Shown piece by piece: positions 48,765 through 60,449 of a DNA stretch of 64,000 bases. Position numbers and translations under genes: made by a program. The stretch is from assembly GCA_017644045.1 (NCBI GenBank), contig JAEPMI010000011.1:242763-306762 (forward strand). The letters are read 5' to 3'. Under the pieces are notes generated by a model. It did not search any database. It was not told the DNA's origin and saw only the letters and a list, made by a program, of their open reading frames with translations. How positions within the stretch are numbered: position 1 is the first letter of the stretch; each line of letters opens with the position of its first letter. Source of the stretch: Deltaproteobacteria bacterium. Its GTDB lineage: Bacteria > Myxococcota_A > Polyangia > Polyangiales > Houyiibacteriaceae.

Positions 48765-50153
48765 TCACTCCGCGTCGACGACCGGCCGGTCGATCACCAC
48801 CGTGACCGACTTCTCCTGCTCGGGGCTCAGCTCCACGACCAGGTGGTGCACGCCTCGCTGCAGGGTCACCTCGAGGTCTTCCTCGCCGCGGGCCGCGCAG
48901 GCCATCGGGTCGGCCTCGGCGCCGAGCAGGAACGTGCGCGCCCCTTCGTCGGCGAAGACGTTCACTTCGAGCCGGGTCTCTTCCTCGACCCGAATGCGGT
49001 AGACCCGCTCCGCGCCTCCGGAGGGCTCGGCGCCCTCGCACCCGTAGGCCGTCAGGGCGCTTCCTTCGGAGGGAACGAAGCGCTCGCCGAAGGGGACGCG
49101 CGTCAGGTGGAGCGGCGCCTCGGCCGTGCCCTCGCCTGCCATCTCGCGGGGCTCCGGGTCGGGGGCGCCTTCGCCGGCGACCACGGTCCGGCGCAACCGA
49201 TCGAGCAGCTCGAGGGTGCGCAGGTTCCGCTGGTTGCTGCCGTGCTGGAGCCCTTCTTCGCTCATCACGCAGGCGCGGCCACGACCGCCCTCGAGCAGCG
49301 TGTTCGGGTGCACTCCGTCTCCGGCGAGCCCGCGCCCCGGGAGGGCGTCCTGGGCGACGTAGAAGTCGAGGTAGGGCACCTGCCAGGCCTGGGCGATGGC
49401 ACGGCTGATCCGGTTGTAGCGCTTGGCCCAACCGTCCATCTCGGGATCGTCGCCCCGAGGTGAGGTCGCTCCGACGATCGGGATCAGCCCCCGGTCGAGC
49501 AGCTGGTCCAGCATTCGCTCCAGTCGCTCGGCGAAGCTCCGGGGGCGGCGCGCCTGGACGTCGTTGCCGCCGAAGAAGACCAGCGCGAAGCGTGCGTCGG
49601 TGGCGCGTGCCTCCTGGAGCGCGCGCGACGGGCGGCCCGCGAGCCCCTGACGCAGCGACCAGCCGACCTGGGCGGCGGTGCTCTCGCGCCCAAAGGGGTT
49701 GGAGCCGGCGGCGTTGCCGCGACGGAAGAACTCGAGGGTCTCGACGAGCTCGTCGTGGTCCGCGAGGTCCAGGTTGTCGCCGTCGTAGGCGAAACAGTGG
49801 AGGAAGGCCCGGCTCTCGACCGACGAGCCCCCGAGCTTGATGAAGACGTCGTCGCGGTGCTCGCGGCCCTCGCGCAGGGCGCGGAGCCGGGCGACCATCG
49901 CCGGAGTCAGCGCCGAGTGGATGGCCGGCGCGACCCACGTGAGCGCCGGGTCCGGCGGTGGCTCGGGGATCAGCCGGACCTCTTCGGCCGGCTCCGGCTC
50001 GGGGTCCGCCGTCGCCCGTGCCGGCCGCTCGTCGCCGGTGGGCTCGGCCATCTCTGCAGTCTCCGGTTCGGGAGGCGTGGCGCAGGGCGCGAGCGCACTG
50101 ACGGCCGCGACACTCAGCCCGAGGGCCAACGCTGCGTGCACCGGAGACGACAC
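48765..50153 (-). CDS. SGNH/GDSL-like hydrolase lipoprotein with a C-terminal beta-sandwich-like domain
   Basis: Lipobox LAPC. FFGGNDV and GDGVHPN blocks. Confidence 0.55.
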   Translation of the reverse strand: MSSPVHAALALGLSVAAVSALAPCATPPEPETAEMAEPTGDERPARATADPEPEPAEEVRLIPEPPPDPALTWVAPAIHSALTPAMVARLRALREGREHRDDVFIKLGGSSVESRAFLHCFAYDGDNLDLADHDELVETLEFFRRGNAAGSNPFGRESTAAQVGWSLRQGLAGRPSRALQEARATDARFALVFFGGNDVQARRPRSFAERLERMLDQLLDRGLIPIVGATSPRGDDPEMDGWAKRYNRISRAIAQAWQVPYLDFYVAQDALPGRGLAGDGVHPNTLLEGGRGRACVMSEEGLQHGSNQRNLRTLELLDRLRRTVVAGEGAPDPEPREMAGEGTAEAPLHLTRVPFGERFVPSEGSALTAYGCEGAEPSGGAERVYRIRVEEETRLEVNVFADEGARTFLLGAEADPMACAARGEEDLEVTLQRGVHHLVVELSPEQEKSVTVVIDRPVVDAE

Positions 50154-50243
50154 TCGCTACCGATAGCACGGGACCGGCGTTGGCTCCCCTTTGCCGCAAG
50201 CGGGGTGGCGAGGGTCCGGTCGGCGGTCCATCCTCCGCCCGAC

Positions 50244-50756
50244 ATGCCCCTCGACGACGCCTTCGTGAAGGACTGCCCCTACGGCCCCGGCGGCCTGCTG
50301 ATCGACGATCTGCTCGAGGTCGACGAAGAGGCCAGCCGCGTGGTGGTGCGCATGCCCACCCACCCCGAGCTGCCCCTCACCCGAGAGCAGCGGGCTCACC
50401 CGGTCTTCCACCCTCGTCACGTCAGCGGCGGGCTGATGGTCCACATGACCGGGATGGTCGGCTTCGTGCACGCATATTACGTGCTGGGCCTCCGCCATTC
50501 GGAGGGGTGGATTGGCTACGGCGGCCGCATCTACGACGCCCGCTTTCTCGCGCTCGCCGAGCCCGGCGAGCCGCTCATCCTCGAGGGCGAGGCCACCAAG
50601 GTCCGCCGCCGAGCCAAGCAGATCTTCGCTCGCTACCGTTTCCGCTTCACCCAGGGCGACAGCGAGGTCTACGTGAGCGAGCAGGCAGCCATGTGGATGC
50701 GGGTCGAGGCCAGCGACCAACCCGAGGCAGGGGCCGCCGCTCTGGAGCACGCCTGA
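50244..50756 (+). CDS. Hotdog-fold (FabZ/MaoC-like dehydratase or thioesterase) protein
   Basis: 170 aa. HPVFHPRHVSGGLMVHMTGMVG resembles the FabZ active-site region. Start trimmed to ATG 50244. Confidence 0.45.
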   Translation: MPLDDAFVKDCPYGPGGLLIDDLLEVDEEASRVVVRMPTHPELPLTREQRAHPVFHPRHVSGGLMVHMTGMVGFVHAYYVLGLRHSEGWIGYGGRIYDARFLALAEPGEPLILEGEATKVRRRAKQIFARYRFRFTQGDSEVYVSEQAAMWMRVEASDQPEAGAAALEHA

Positions 50757-51166
50757 TGCACCGTCGGAAGCTCACGATCGCGACGCCGGGGCGGGCGACC
50801 CTCGAGATCACCGGCCAGGTCCAGGCGGCCGTCGCCGAGTCCGGGGTAGCGGAGGGGGTCGCGAACGTCTTCGTCCACCACACCAGCTGCTCGCTGATGA
50901 TCAACGAGAACGCCGATCCCGCCGTTCAGCGGGACCTGGAGGCGTTCCTGGCTCGGCTGGTGCCCGACGGGGACCGGCTCTTCGAGCACACCGCCGAGGG
51001 GCCGGACGACATGCCCGCTCATGTCCGGACGGCGCTCACCGCGACCACCCTGACCATCCCCGTCGAGGGAGGGCGCTGCGCCCTTGGAACATGGCAGGGG
51101 ATTTACCTGTTCGAACACCGACACCGGCCCCATACCCGCAGGGTGACTGTCACCACGTGGGGGTGA
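50756..51166 (+). CDS. YjbQ/UPF0047-family protein (secondary thiamine-phosphate synthase type)
   Basis: ...GVANVFVHHTSCSLMINENADPAVQRDLEAFL...MPAHVRTAL...GRCALGTWQGIYLFEHR... 1-nt overlap (ATG 50756 with the upstream TGA 50754-50756) in the sequence TGATG. Confidence 0.85.
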   Translation: MHRRKLTIATPGRATLEITGQVQAAVAESGVAEGVANVFVHHTSCSLMINENADPAVQRDLEAFLARLVPDGDRLFEHTAEGPDDMPAHVRTALTATTLTIPVEGGRCALGTWQGIYLFEHRHRPHTRRVTVTTWG

Positions 51167-51290
51167 AGCGTTAACGCAACGCTCTGTTTTCGTTGAGAAA
51201 TGTAAAACTCGTCAACATCGCTTGACTCACTTGGGGGCCGGATCCAGTCTTTGTGGACCGAATGGTCCAGAATGACGAAAGGGGTCATCG

Positions 51291-51836
51291 ATGAACCGAC
51301 CCAACGACGAGAGCACGGCGACGACGAGCGGCACTGCGCCCGCGCGCCTCGACAAAGACCTGGTAGCGGAGCTCGAGCCCACCCTGATGCGCTACGCCCG
51401 GCGCCGGGTGGCCACCGAAGAGCAGGCCCGCGACCTCGTGCAGGAGACCTGGCTCGCGGCCCTGGGCGGCATCGACCGCTTCGCCGGCCGATCGAGCCTG
51501 CGGACCTGGCTGGTCAGCATCCTCCGACGGAAGATCGTGGACTCCCACCGCCGGAAGCGTCCGAAGGTCACCTTCGAGGAGCACCACACCCCGCCGGTCG
51601 ATCCGCCCCGCGAGCGTTTCGATGACGCCGCGGCCCTCCAGATGATCCACGAGGAGCTCCCGAGCCTCCCGCGCCGCGAGCGCCAGGCCGTGACCTTCGT
51701 CGACGTCGAGGGGCTCTCCCGCGAGGAGGCCGCGAGCCGGATGGGCGTGAAGCGCACCGCGCTCCGCGTCATGCTCCACCGCGGTCGCCGTCGGCTGAAC
51801 GACAAGCTCAGCGCCGCCGGCCACGCCTTCAGTTAG
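51291..51836 (+). CDS. ECF-type RNA polymerase sigma factor
   Basis: Region 2 (ARDLVQETWLAAL...FAGRSSLRTWLVSILRRKIVDSHR) and region 4 (LPRRERQAVTFVDVEGLSREEAASRMGVKRTALRVMLHRGRRRL). Confidence 0.85.
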   Translation: MNRPNDESTATTSGTAPARLDKDLVAELEPTLMRYARRRVATEEQARDLVQETWLAALGGIDRFAGRSSLRTWLVSILRRKIVDSHRRKRPKVTFEEHHTPPVDPPRERFDDAAALQMIHEELPSLPRRERQAVTFVDVEGLSREEAASRMGVKRTALRVMLHRGRRRLNDKLSAAGHAFS

Positions 51837-53250
51837 CGCGTGATGCGCTAGGTAGGCGAGGTCGGACGGCCTCGAAGACGAACTCGACGTCCGGGCGGAG
51901 CCCGACGAGCCGCTCTCGTTCACCCTCCGCCAAGGGGACCTCGATCAGGACTACCCGCTGCAACGCGCTCATCGACGCGATGCACGCGGGTAGTCGTGCG
52001 ATCGGGTTGAAGCTCAGACCGAGGGACACCAGCTGGTCCAGCTGACCGAGCGCCTCCGGAACGCTGGTGAGCTCGTTGTGGTTGAGGGCCAGTCGGGTCA
52101 GCGAGGGCAGCTCGAAGAGCGCGGGGTGCCACTCGGTCAGCCCAGCGCGGTTGAGGTGCAGCTGCTGCAATCGCGTGCAGCCCTCCAGACCGGCGAGGTC
52201 GAGAGAGTCGATGTCGTTCAGCCGCAGGATCTCGAGCGCGGTGGACCCGAGGCCCTTCGGGAGCGCACCGAGCCGGGTCGCAGCGAGATTCAACGACGTG
52301 AGTCGCTCGAGCGATGACAGGTCGCCGATGCGCTCGAGCGGGTTGTCCATCACGCTCAGCCGCTCGAGTCGACGCAGCTGGCCGAGCTCGCTCGGGAGCT
52401 CGACGACTCGGTTGTGGTCCAGCTCCAGTCGTTCGAGCTCCGTGAGCGAGAAGAGCTCCACCGGCAGGCGCTCGAGGTGGTTGCTCGAGAGTTGCAGTCG
52501 CCGAAGCCGCGTGAGCTCCCCGATCGCCGAGGGGATCTCGCTCAGGTGGTTGTTGCGGAGGTCGAGGTGCTCGGCCTCGGTCGCGGTCCACACCACGTCC
52601 GGGATCTTGGCGTTGAGCTGGCGCAGGAGCTTCAGAGCGCGGGTGCCCGGCTCGATCTGGAGTGGAGCCGACACGGTTCGCAGGGACTCCCGTAGCCAGT
52701 GCTCGAACCAGTCGAGGAAGGACAGCCGCGCGCCCGTGTCCTCGTCGAAGTGCGGGCACCAGCCGAAGTCGCCCACGGTCCAGACGTCGCCGTGCATCGG
52801 CCCCTCGAGGACGACCGCCGTGTACCACCCGCAGCCGAAATGGGAGAGCTCCAGCACGCCGTCGCGGCTCCGCGAGTCGGCGTCCACGAAGTCGCCGATG
52901 TCGCGGCCGGAGCGCCGGGCCTCGATGACCGCCTCACCGGCGGCGTGGTCGAGGGGGAAGGGCGCCTGCAGATGGTCACCACTCAGGTGGTCGAGCAGGG
53001 TCAGTCCGTAGCCGGGGCCCATTCCACCCGCGCTGACCTCCAGCACGAAGCGTCGGAGCTCCTCGGGGAGGCGCACGCCAGCCTCGCTCTCGAGTGCCTC
53101 GACCTCGGCTTCGCTCAGCGGTGGGAGCGCGCGGTGACCGTGCCCGGCCGGCGGCTCGGAACCGTGGATCCGGTAGGCGACGTCGATCCCACGGAGCTCG
53201 TCCAGCCCTTCGCGGATCGCGCGCAGGCGCTCGGTCAGGCTCGCGCTCAT
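51829..53250 (-). CDS. SMI1/KNR4 (SUKH)-domain protein fused to leucine-rich repeats
   Basis: The N-terminal LSEAEVEALESEAGVRLPEELRRFVLEVSAGG is the SUKH pattern. The C-terminal half has about 10 LRRs (LxxLxLxxNxLxxLP). ATG 53250 is preferred over TTG 53253. Confidence 0.75.
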   Translation of the reverse strand: MSASLTERLRAIREGLDELRGIDVAYRIHGSEPPAGHGHRALPPLSEAEVEALESEAGVRLPEELRRFVLEVSAGGMGPGYGLTLLDHLSGDHLQAPFPLDHAAGEAVIEARRSGRDIGDFVDADSRSRDGVLELSHFGCGWYTAVVLEGPMHGDVWTVGDFGWCPHFDEDTGARLSFLDWFEHWLRESLRTVSAPLQIEPGTRALKLLRQLNAKIPDVVWTATEAEHLDLRNNHLSEIPSAIGELTRLRRLQLSSNHLERLPVELFSLTELERLELDHNRVVELPSELGQLRRLERLSVMDNPLERIGDLSSLERLTSLNLAATRLGALPKGLGSTALEILRLNDIDSLDLAGLEGCTRLQQLHLNRAGLTEWHPALFELPSLTRLALNHNELTSVPEALGQLDQLVSLGLSFNPIARLPACIASMSALQRVVLIEVPLAEGERERLVGLRPDVEFVFEAVRPRLPSASRAN

Positions 53251-53287
53251 CAATCGATGATCGCCCGCCGACGAGCAGATGTCGACG

Positions 53288-55360
53288 CTACTCGATGCGC
53301 CAGGTGCGGTGCGGCTCGCCTTGGAAGTCGCGTGGAACGGTCTGGCGAGTGATCTCCTTCACCTCGTGGCCGCGGATCGGATCGAGCTCGAAGTCCCGGG
53401 CGTGGGTGGAGAAGAAGAGCGCGCCGCCCGGTGCCAGACACTCGAGCGAGCTCTCGATCAGCTCGGCATGGTCGCGCCGCAGATCGAGCTCGTCGGCTCG
53501 GCTCGAGCGGCTGAAGCTCGGCGGCGCCAGCAGGACGGTGTCCCAGCGCTGGCGACCGCGGACGTGTGAGAGGAAGCGGCGAACGTCGAGCGGCTCGAAG
53601 ACGTGCTCGTTCGGGTCGAGGTCGTTCTGGCGGAAGTTGTCCTCGCCCCACGCCAGGTAGGTCTTCGAGAGGTCGACGCTGGTGACCTTCGCGCCGGCCG
53701 CCGCGGCGACGACGCTCGCGGTGCAGGTGTAGGCGAAGAGGTTCAGGAAGCGGCCATCGCCCACCCGCTCGGCGGCCATGGCTCGCAGGTCGCGGTGGTC
53801 GAGGAAGAGCCCGGTGTCCAGGTAGTCTTGGAGGTTCACCTCGAAACGGCACGAACCCTCGCGGACCACGTGCCGTTCGCCGGTCGCCTGCCGCTTCTCG
53901 TACTGCTGCTCGCCGCGCGCGCGAACCCGGAGGTGCACCTGCTTTTCGTCGAGCTCGAGCACCTCCTGGACGACCAACAGAGTGTCGCGAAGCCGGGCTT
54001 CGGCCAGCCCGGGATCGATCTTCCGCGGCCGGTGGTGCTCCTGCACCAACGCGGCGTCGCCGTAACGATCGATCACGACGTTGTACTCGGGGATCTCGGC
54101 GTCGTAGATGCGATAGGCGTCGAGGTCGCGCTTCGCGGCCCACTTGCGCAGCCGCTTGAGGTTCTTGCGCAGCCGGTTGACCAGCATCTCCGCCTCCGGC
54201 CGGCGGCGGGGCTTGCTCGGCTTGGCGTCTTCCGCGATCGCGTAGCTCGCGAAGGTGCAGCGGATCGGGCCGTTGTAGAGCGTCTGCCGGTCGCGGCTCT
54301 TGAGCCCGAGCTGCTTGAGCATGCGCGGCTCGCCGGTGATCACGTGCGCCTCCCAGCCTGGGAAGTGGCGGAAGGTGGTGCCGAGGTCCAGGTGCGCGCG
54401 AAGGGCGTCGCCGCTCGCGCCGAGGCGCTCGCCGTAGGGCGGGTTCACCACGAGGTGCCCCGGACCGCTGCCGAAGGGGCGCGCCTCGATCGCGGGGCCC
54501 TTCTCCAGCATCACCCCATGCACGCCCGCGCGGCGCAGACTCTCGCCGGCGCGCCGCAGCGACTCCGGGTCGGTGTCGCGGCCGCGGATCGCGATGGCGA
54601 GATTCTCGCGTTCCTTGGCGTCGCGCTCGAGCGAGTCCTTGATCGACCGAAAGGCGCGCTCGTCGTGGCCGCGCCAACCCCCGAGCAGGATCGACCGCCC
54701 CGGCGGAACGGCCCGCGCCATCAGCGCGGCCTCGACCAGGAGCGTCCCCGAGCCACACATCGGATCGAGCAGTGGCTGCGAGGGCTTCCAGCCCGAGGCG
54801 TGGAGAATCGCCGCCGCCAGGGTCTCTTTGAGCGGCGCCTTCGCGCCCTTCGGCCGATAGTGGCGGCGGTGGAGCGAGCGCCCGGCCAGGTCGAGCGCGA
54901 GCGTCACCTCGTCGGCGAAGTGGACGTGGAAGGCCACGTCGGGCTCGTCGCGGTCCACGTCCGGTCGCCGGCCCGCGCGATCGCGGAGACGGTCGACCAA
55001 CGCGTCCTTCACCCGCTGCTGCAGGTACCGGGCGTGGATCTTCTCCTTCGAGCCGATGGCGGTGCGGATCGCGAAGGTGTCGTCGGGCCCGAGGTGCTGC
55101 TCCCAGGGGAAGTCCATCAGCAGCGGGTAGAGCGCGTCGGCGTCGAAGACGTCGTCCCAGTGCCCCAGTGGCCAGAGCACCCGCTGGGCGATGCGCGAGC
55201 CGAGCATCGCGCGGTACGCCGCCTGGAGTCCGCCGCGCCCTTCGACGGCGCCGACACTGGCCTCGCCATCCACGCCGAGGGCCTCGAGCTCGTTCACCAG
55301 GAGCGCCTCGGTGCCCCGGGCGCAGGTGATGGCGAAGGTGTTGGGTCGGGGCGTTCTCAT
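53288..55360 (-). CDS. rlmL: Bifunctional 23S rRNA methyltransferase RlmKL (THUMP plus two methyltransferase modules)
   Basis: Collinear by eye with E. coli RlmL: ...APLKETLAAAIL..SGW...LLDPMCGSGTLLVEAA...NPPYGERL...YRIYDAEIPEYNVVIDRY...YLDTGLFLDHR...DPPSFS. Start trimmed to ATG 55360 (ATGA overlap). Confidence 0.9.
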   Translation of the reverse strand: MRTPRPNTFAITCARGTEALLVNELEALGVDGEASVGAVEGRGGLQAAYRAMLGSRIAQRVLWPLGHWDDVFDADALYPLLMDFPWEQHLGPDDTFAIRTAIGSKEKIHARYLQQRVKDALVDRLRDRAGRRPDVDRDEPDVAFHVHFADEVTLALDLAGRSLHRRHYRPKGAKAPLKETLAAAILHASGWKPSQPLLDPMCGSGTLLVEAALMARAVPPGRSILLGGWRGHDERAFRSIKDSLERDAKERENLAIAIRGRDTDPESLRRAGESLRRAGVHGVMLEKGPAIEARPFGSGPGHLVVNPPYGERLGASGDALRAHLDLGTTFRHFPGWEAHVITGEPRMLKQLGLKSRDRQTLYNGPIRCTFASYAIAEDAKPSKPRRRPEAEMLVNRLRKNLKRLRKWAAKRDLDAYRIYDAEIPEYNVVIDRYGDAALVQEHHRPRKIDPGLAEARLRDTLLVVQEVLELDEKQVHLRVRARGEQQYEKRQATGERHVVREGSCRFEVNLQDYLDTGLFLDHRDLRAMAAERVGDGRFLNLFAYTCTASVVAAAAGAKVTSVDLSKTYLAWGEDNFRQNDLDPNEHVFEPLDVRRFLSHVRGRQRWDTVLLAPPSFSRSSRADELDLRRDHAELIESSLECLAPGGALFFSTHARDFELDPIRGHEVKEITRQTVPRDFQGEPHRTWRIE

Positions 55361-56286
55361 GGGTCGAGCGTCACGATCCAGAGAGCGCTCGGGCCCGTGC
55401 GGAGCCCGCGATACTGGTTGTCCACCAGCAGCGCCACCCGATCGTCGTCGAGCCGGGCGATCCCCTCGAAGTTCGGCTGCTGGTCCAGCGAACGGACCCA
55501 GTCGTCGAGGTTCACCAGAACCTCCGACCGCACCGAGACCGGCTCGCCCGCGTGGGGCGGTGGCAGCTCGAAGCCCAAGATTCGCGTCACGCCGAAGTGG
55601 CGCTCCACCGCGATGACCTCGGCGCTCCCGTCCGGGCTCGCGCGGCAGGTGATGCCGGCCAGCTTGCCGGTCTCCGAGCTGAGGAAGACGCGGTAGGGGC
55701 TCCACTCGCCGTTCTCGGTGCGCCAGGCGAGCGGGGCGTAACGACGCCCTCGCACCGAGCCGGTCACCTCCGCGGCGACGATCACCCCTGCGTCGCCGAC
55801 CGTGCAGAGGCCCTCGAGCCCGCGGTTGCGATCGCTCTGGAGTCCCCAGAGCTCATACGAGCACTCGTAGGACTCCCGGACCCGCGCGACGCTTCCGTCG
55901 AAGTCGAGCACGTAGAGGTAGTCGGTCGGGCGGTCGATGCCGTCGGTCTCGGTCCCGACCAGGAATTCGCCGTTCCCGCGGTAGGACAGGGCTTCCGCCT
56001 CCACGCCCTCCGGCAGGCCTTCGATCGGGTAGGCGGTGACCGCGCCCGTCTCACGATCGATGCGAAGGAGCTCGCGGCGCTCCTCGGGGATCGCCCAGAG
56101 CGATCCGTCGGACCCCAAGGCCAGACCGCTCAGCCCCGGCGCGTCCGTCTCCAGGTGGATGGGATCGTTGGGCAAAGGCCGTGTACAGCCGAGCGCCAGG
56201 ACCGCCACGAGGGCAGCCGACCGGCCGCGAGGGTGGCGTCGTCGCACCGTCGGATTAACCTCTCGCCAGCCTTCCGGCGCAAGCAT
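55357..56286 (-). CDS. Lipoprotein, probable beta-propeller (SdiA-regulated / phytase-like family)
   Basis: Lipobox LALGC. Repeated GLSGLA / EGL / FEGIA motifs. Confidence 0.45.
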   Translation of the reverse strand: MLAPEGWREVNPTVRRRHPRGRSAALVAVLALGCTRPLPNDPIHLETDAPGLSGLALGSDGSLWAIPEERRELLRIDRETGAVTAYPIEGLPEGVEAEALSYRGNGEFLVGTETDGIDRPTDYLYVLDFDGSVARVRESYECSYELWGLQSDRNRGLEGLCTVGDAGVIVAAEVTGSVRGRRYAPLAWRTENGEWSPYRVFLSSETGKLAGITCRASPDGSAEVIAVERHFGVTRILGFELPPPHAGEPVSVRSEVLVNLDDWVRSLDQQPNFEGIARLDDDRVALLVDNQYRGLRTGPSALWIVTLDP

Positions 56287-56382
56287 CGCGCGATCGCACT
56301 GTCACCCGGTGTCCTTTGGGGCCAATGGCCCGATCCGCAACCCGCGACGCAACTCCCGCCGGCCGATGGCGACAACCGCCAC

Positions 56383-58266
56383 ATGCTCGAACCCAGCTCC
56401 GTGACCGACCCAGCACCCTCCGACGCCGTCCAGCGAGCGCTCGAGGAGCGCTTCGGGCTCGAGGCCTTCCGACCCTGGCAGCGTGAGGCGATCGACGCGC
56501 TCCTCGAGGGACCGAAGCGGGTGCTGGTCGTGGCGCCGACGGGTGGTGGAAAGTCGCTGACCTACCAGCTGCCCGCGGTGGTCCTCGAGGGGACCACCGT
56601 GGTGGTCTCGCCGCTGATCGCCCTGATGGAGGACCAGGTCCGCGGGCTGCGCGAGCGCGGCATCGAGGCGACCTACCTCGCATCCACGCTCTCGCGCGCC
56701 GAGGTCTCGGAGCGCGAGCGGGGCATCGCCCAGGGGCGCTACCAGCTGGTCTATGTGGCGCCGGAGCGGCTGGGGAACCGCTGGCTGGTCGAGCTGCTGC
56801 GCAAGGTCGCGCCGCCGCTCATCGCGATCGACGAGGCGCACTGCATCAGCCAGTGGGGCCACGACTTCCGGCCGGACTACCTGCGACTCGGTGAGCTCGT
56901 TCGGGAGCTCGACCCGCGCCACGTGCTCGCCTGTACCGCGACCGCCACGCCGCTGGTGCGCGACGAGATCCTCGAGCGGCTGGACCTCGGCTCGGCCGAC
57001 GTGGTGCTCCGCGGGTTCGCGCGACCGAACCTGCACCTCGAGGCGGCGCCGGTCGACTCCAAGAAGGCCCGGATGCGCGCGCTCCACGATGCGCTGGCGG
57101 ACGCGATCGGCCCGCCTGGCGAGCCGACGAGCGGAGCCGCGATCGTCTACACGGCCACCCGCAAGGAGACCGAGAAGGTCGCCCAGACCTTGGCCGAGCG
57201 TGGCTACGACTGCTCCGCCTATCACGCGGGGCTCCCGAGCGAGGAACGCGCCGAGGTGAACGCGCGCTTCGGCGCCGGCGAGCTGGACGTGGTCGCCGCG
57301 ACCAACGCCTTCGGCATGGGCATCGACCGACCCGACATTCGTCTGGTCGTGCACGTGCAGGCGCCGGGCAGCATCGAGGCCTACTACCAGGAGGTCGGTC
57401 GCGCGGGGCGTGACGGGCTGCCCGCCAAGGGCCTGCTGATGAGCGCCAGCCGCGACCTCGGCCTCCGGCGCTTCCTGATCGAGTCGGGGACCTCCAACAC
57501 GGAGCACGTCGAGCGGCAGTGGTCGCTCTTCCTCGACCTGATGCGCTACGTGGAGGCCGGGAGCTGTCGGCACGACTTCATCCTCCGCTACTTCGGCGAC
57601 GAGGAAGAGATCCTCGGCGGCTGCGGCCACTGCGATGTCTGCGCGCGCATGGACGAGGGCGACGCGCCCGCGGTCACGCCGGCGGACGAAGAGCTGGTGC
57701 GCAAGGCGCTCGCTGGGGTCGCCCGCACCAAGGGGCGGGTCGGCATGCGCTCGGTCGCCGACATGCTCGCGGGGCGCGGCGGCCAGAAGCTCAGCCGCTG
57801 GGGCTTCGACCGCCTCAGCACCTACGGACTGCTCGAGGGCGAGTCGAGCGAGTGGCTCGTGGCGCTGCTACGACGGTTGGTGACGGCGGGCTACGCGACG
57901 ATCAGCGGTGACCGCTACCCGCTCGTGGGCATGACGCGGCTCGGTTGGGAAGTGATGAAGGGCGAGAAGCCGGTGCGGGTGATCGCGCCGAGCAAGACCC
58001 GCCCCCGGCGGAAGAAAGGCAGCCGGCCCGATCGACCCGCGGGCGCCGAGGGCGATCTCTTCGACGCGCTCCGAGAAGCGCGGCGCGCGCTCGCGAAGGA
58101 GCACGGCGTACCGGCGTACGTCGTCTGCAGTGACCGCACGCTCCTCGAGATCGCGTCCGTCGCGCCCTCGGACGCGGCGTCGCTCGAGGACGTCTACGGG
58201 ATGGGTCCCTCGAAGGTCGCGCGCTTCGGCGACGCGCTCCTCGCGGTCGTCGCCCGGCACTCCTGA
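56383..58266 (+). CDS. recQ: ATP-dependent DNA helicase RecQ
   Basis: APTGGGKSL, DEAHCISQWGHDFRPDY, TATAT, QEVGRAGRDG, a Zn-binding Cys cluster (CRHD...CGHCDVC), and a C-terminal HRDC domain. Start trimmed to ATG 56383. Confidence 0.9.
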   Translation: MLEPSSVTDPAPSDAVQRALEERFGLEAFRPWQREAIDALLEGPKRVLVVAPTGGGKSLTYQLPAVVLEGTTVVVSPLIALMEDQVRGLRERGIEATYLASTLSRAEVSERERGIAQGRYQLVYVAPERLGNRWLVELLRKVAPPLIAIDEAHCISQWGHDFRPDYLRLGELVRELDPRHVLACTATATPLVRDEILERLDLGSADVVLRGFARPNLHLEAAPVDSKKARMRALHDALADAIGPPGEPTSGAAIVYTATRKETEKVAQTLAERGYDCSAYHAGLPSEERAEVNARFGAGELDVVAATNAFGMGIDRPDIRLVVHVQAPGSIEAYYQEVGRAGRDGLPAKGLLMSASRDLGLRRFLIESGTSNTEHVERQWSLFLDLMRYVEAGSCRHDFILRYFGDEEEILGGCGHCDVCARMDEGDAPAVTPADEELVRKALAGVARTKGRVGMRSVADMLAGRGGQKLSRWGFDRLSTYGLLEGESSEWLVALLRRLVTAGYATISGDRYPLVGMTRLGWEVMKGEKPVRVIAPSKTRPRRKKGSRPDRPAGAEGDLFDALREARRALAKEHGVPAYVVCSDRTLLEIASVAPSDAASLEDVYGMGPSKVARFGDALLAVVARHS

Positions 58267-58270
58267 CGCG

Positions 58271-60322
<2,052 letters not shown>

Positions 60323-60449
60323 CGCGTCCGCCGTCTAGCACGAGGTCGCTCCGTTCGCTCACCGACGCGCTTCGGTCGCTGGCTCGTGCTTCTGTCGATC
60401 CACGCGCGTCCGTCGATCGGATGCCAGCGTCGACCTCTCGCGGGGCAGG

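Noticed and set aside
51167-51290. Specific ECF-type -35/-10 promoter, and a terminator hairpin (AGCGTT-aacgc-AACGCT followed by ctgttttcgtt, 51167-51194), in the AT-richer gap before the sigma gene.
   Set aside because: I could not place a convincing GGAAC/CGTC-type pair at proper spacing. The 6-bp stem is too weak to call a terminator with confidence.
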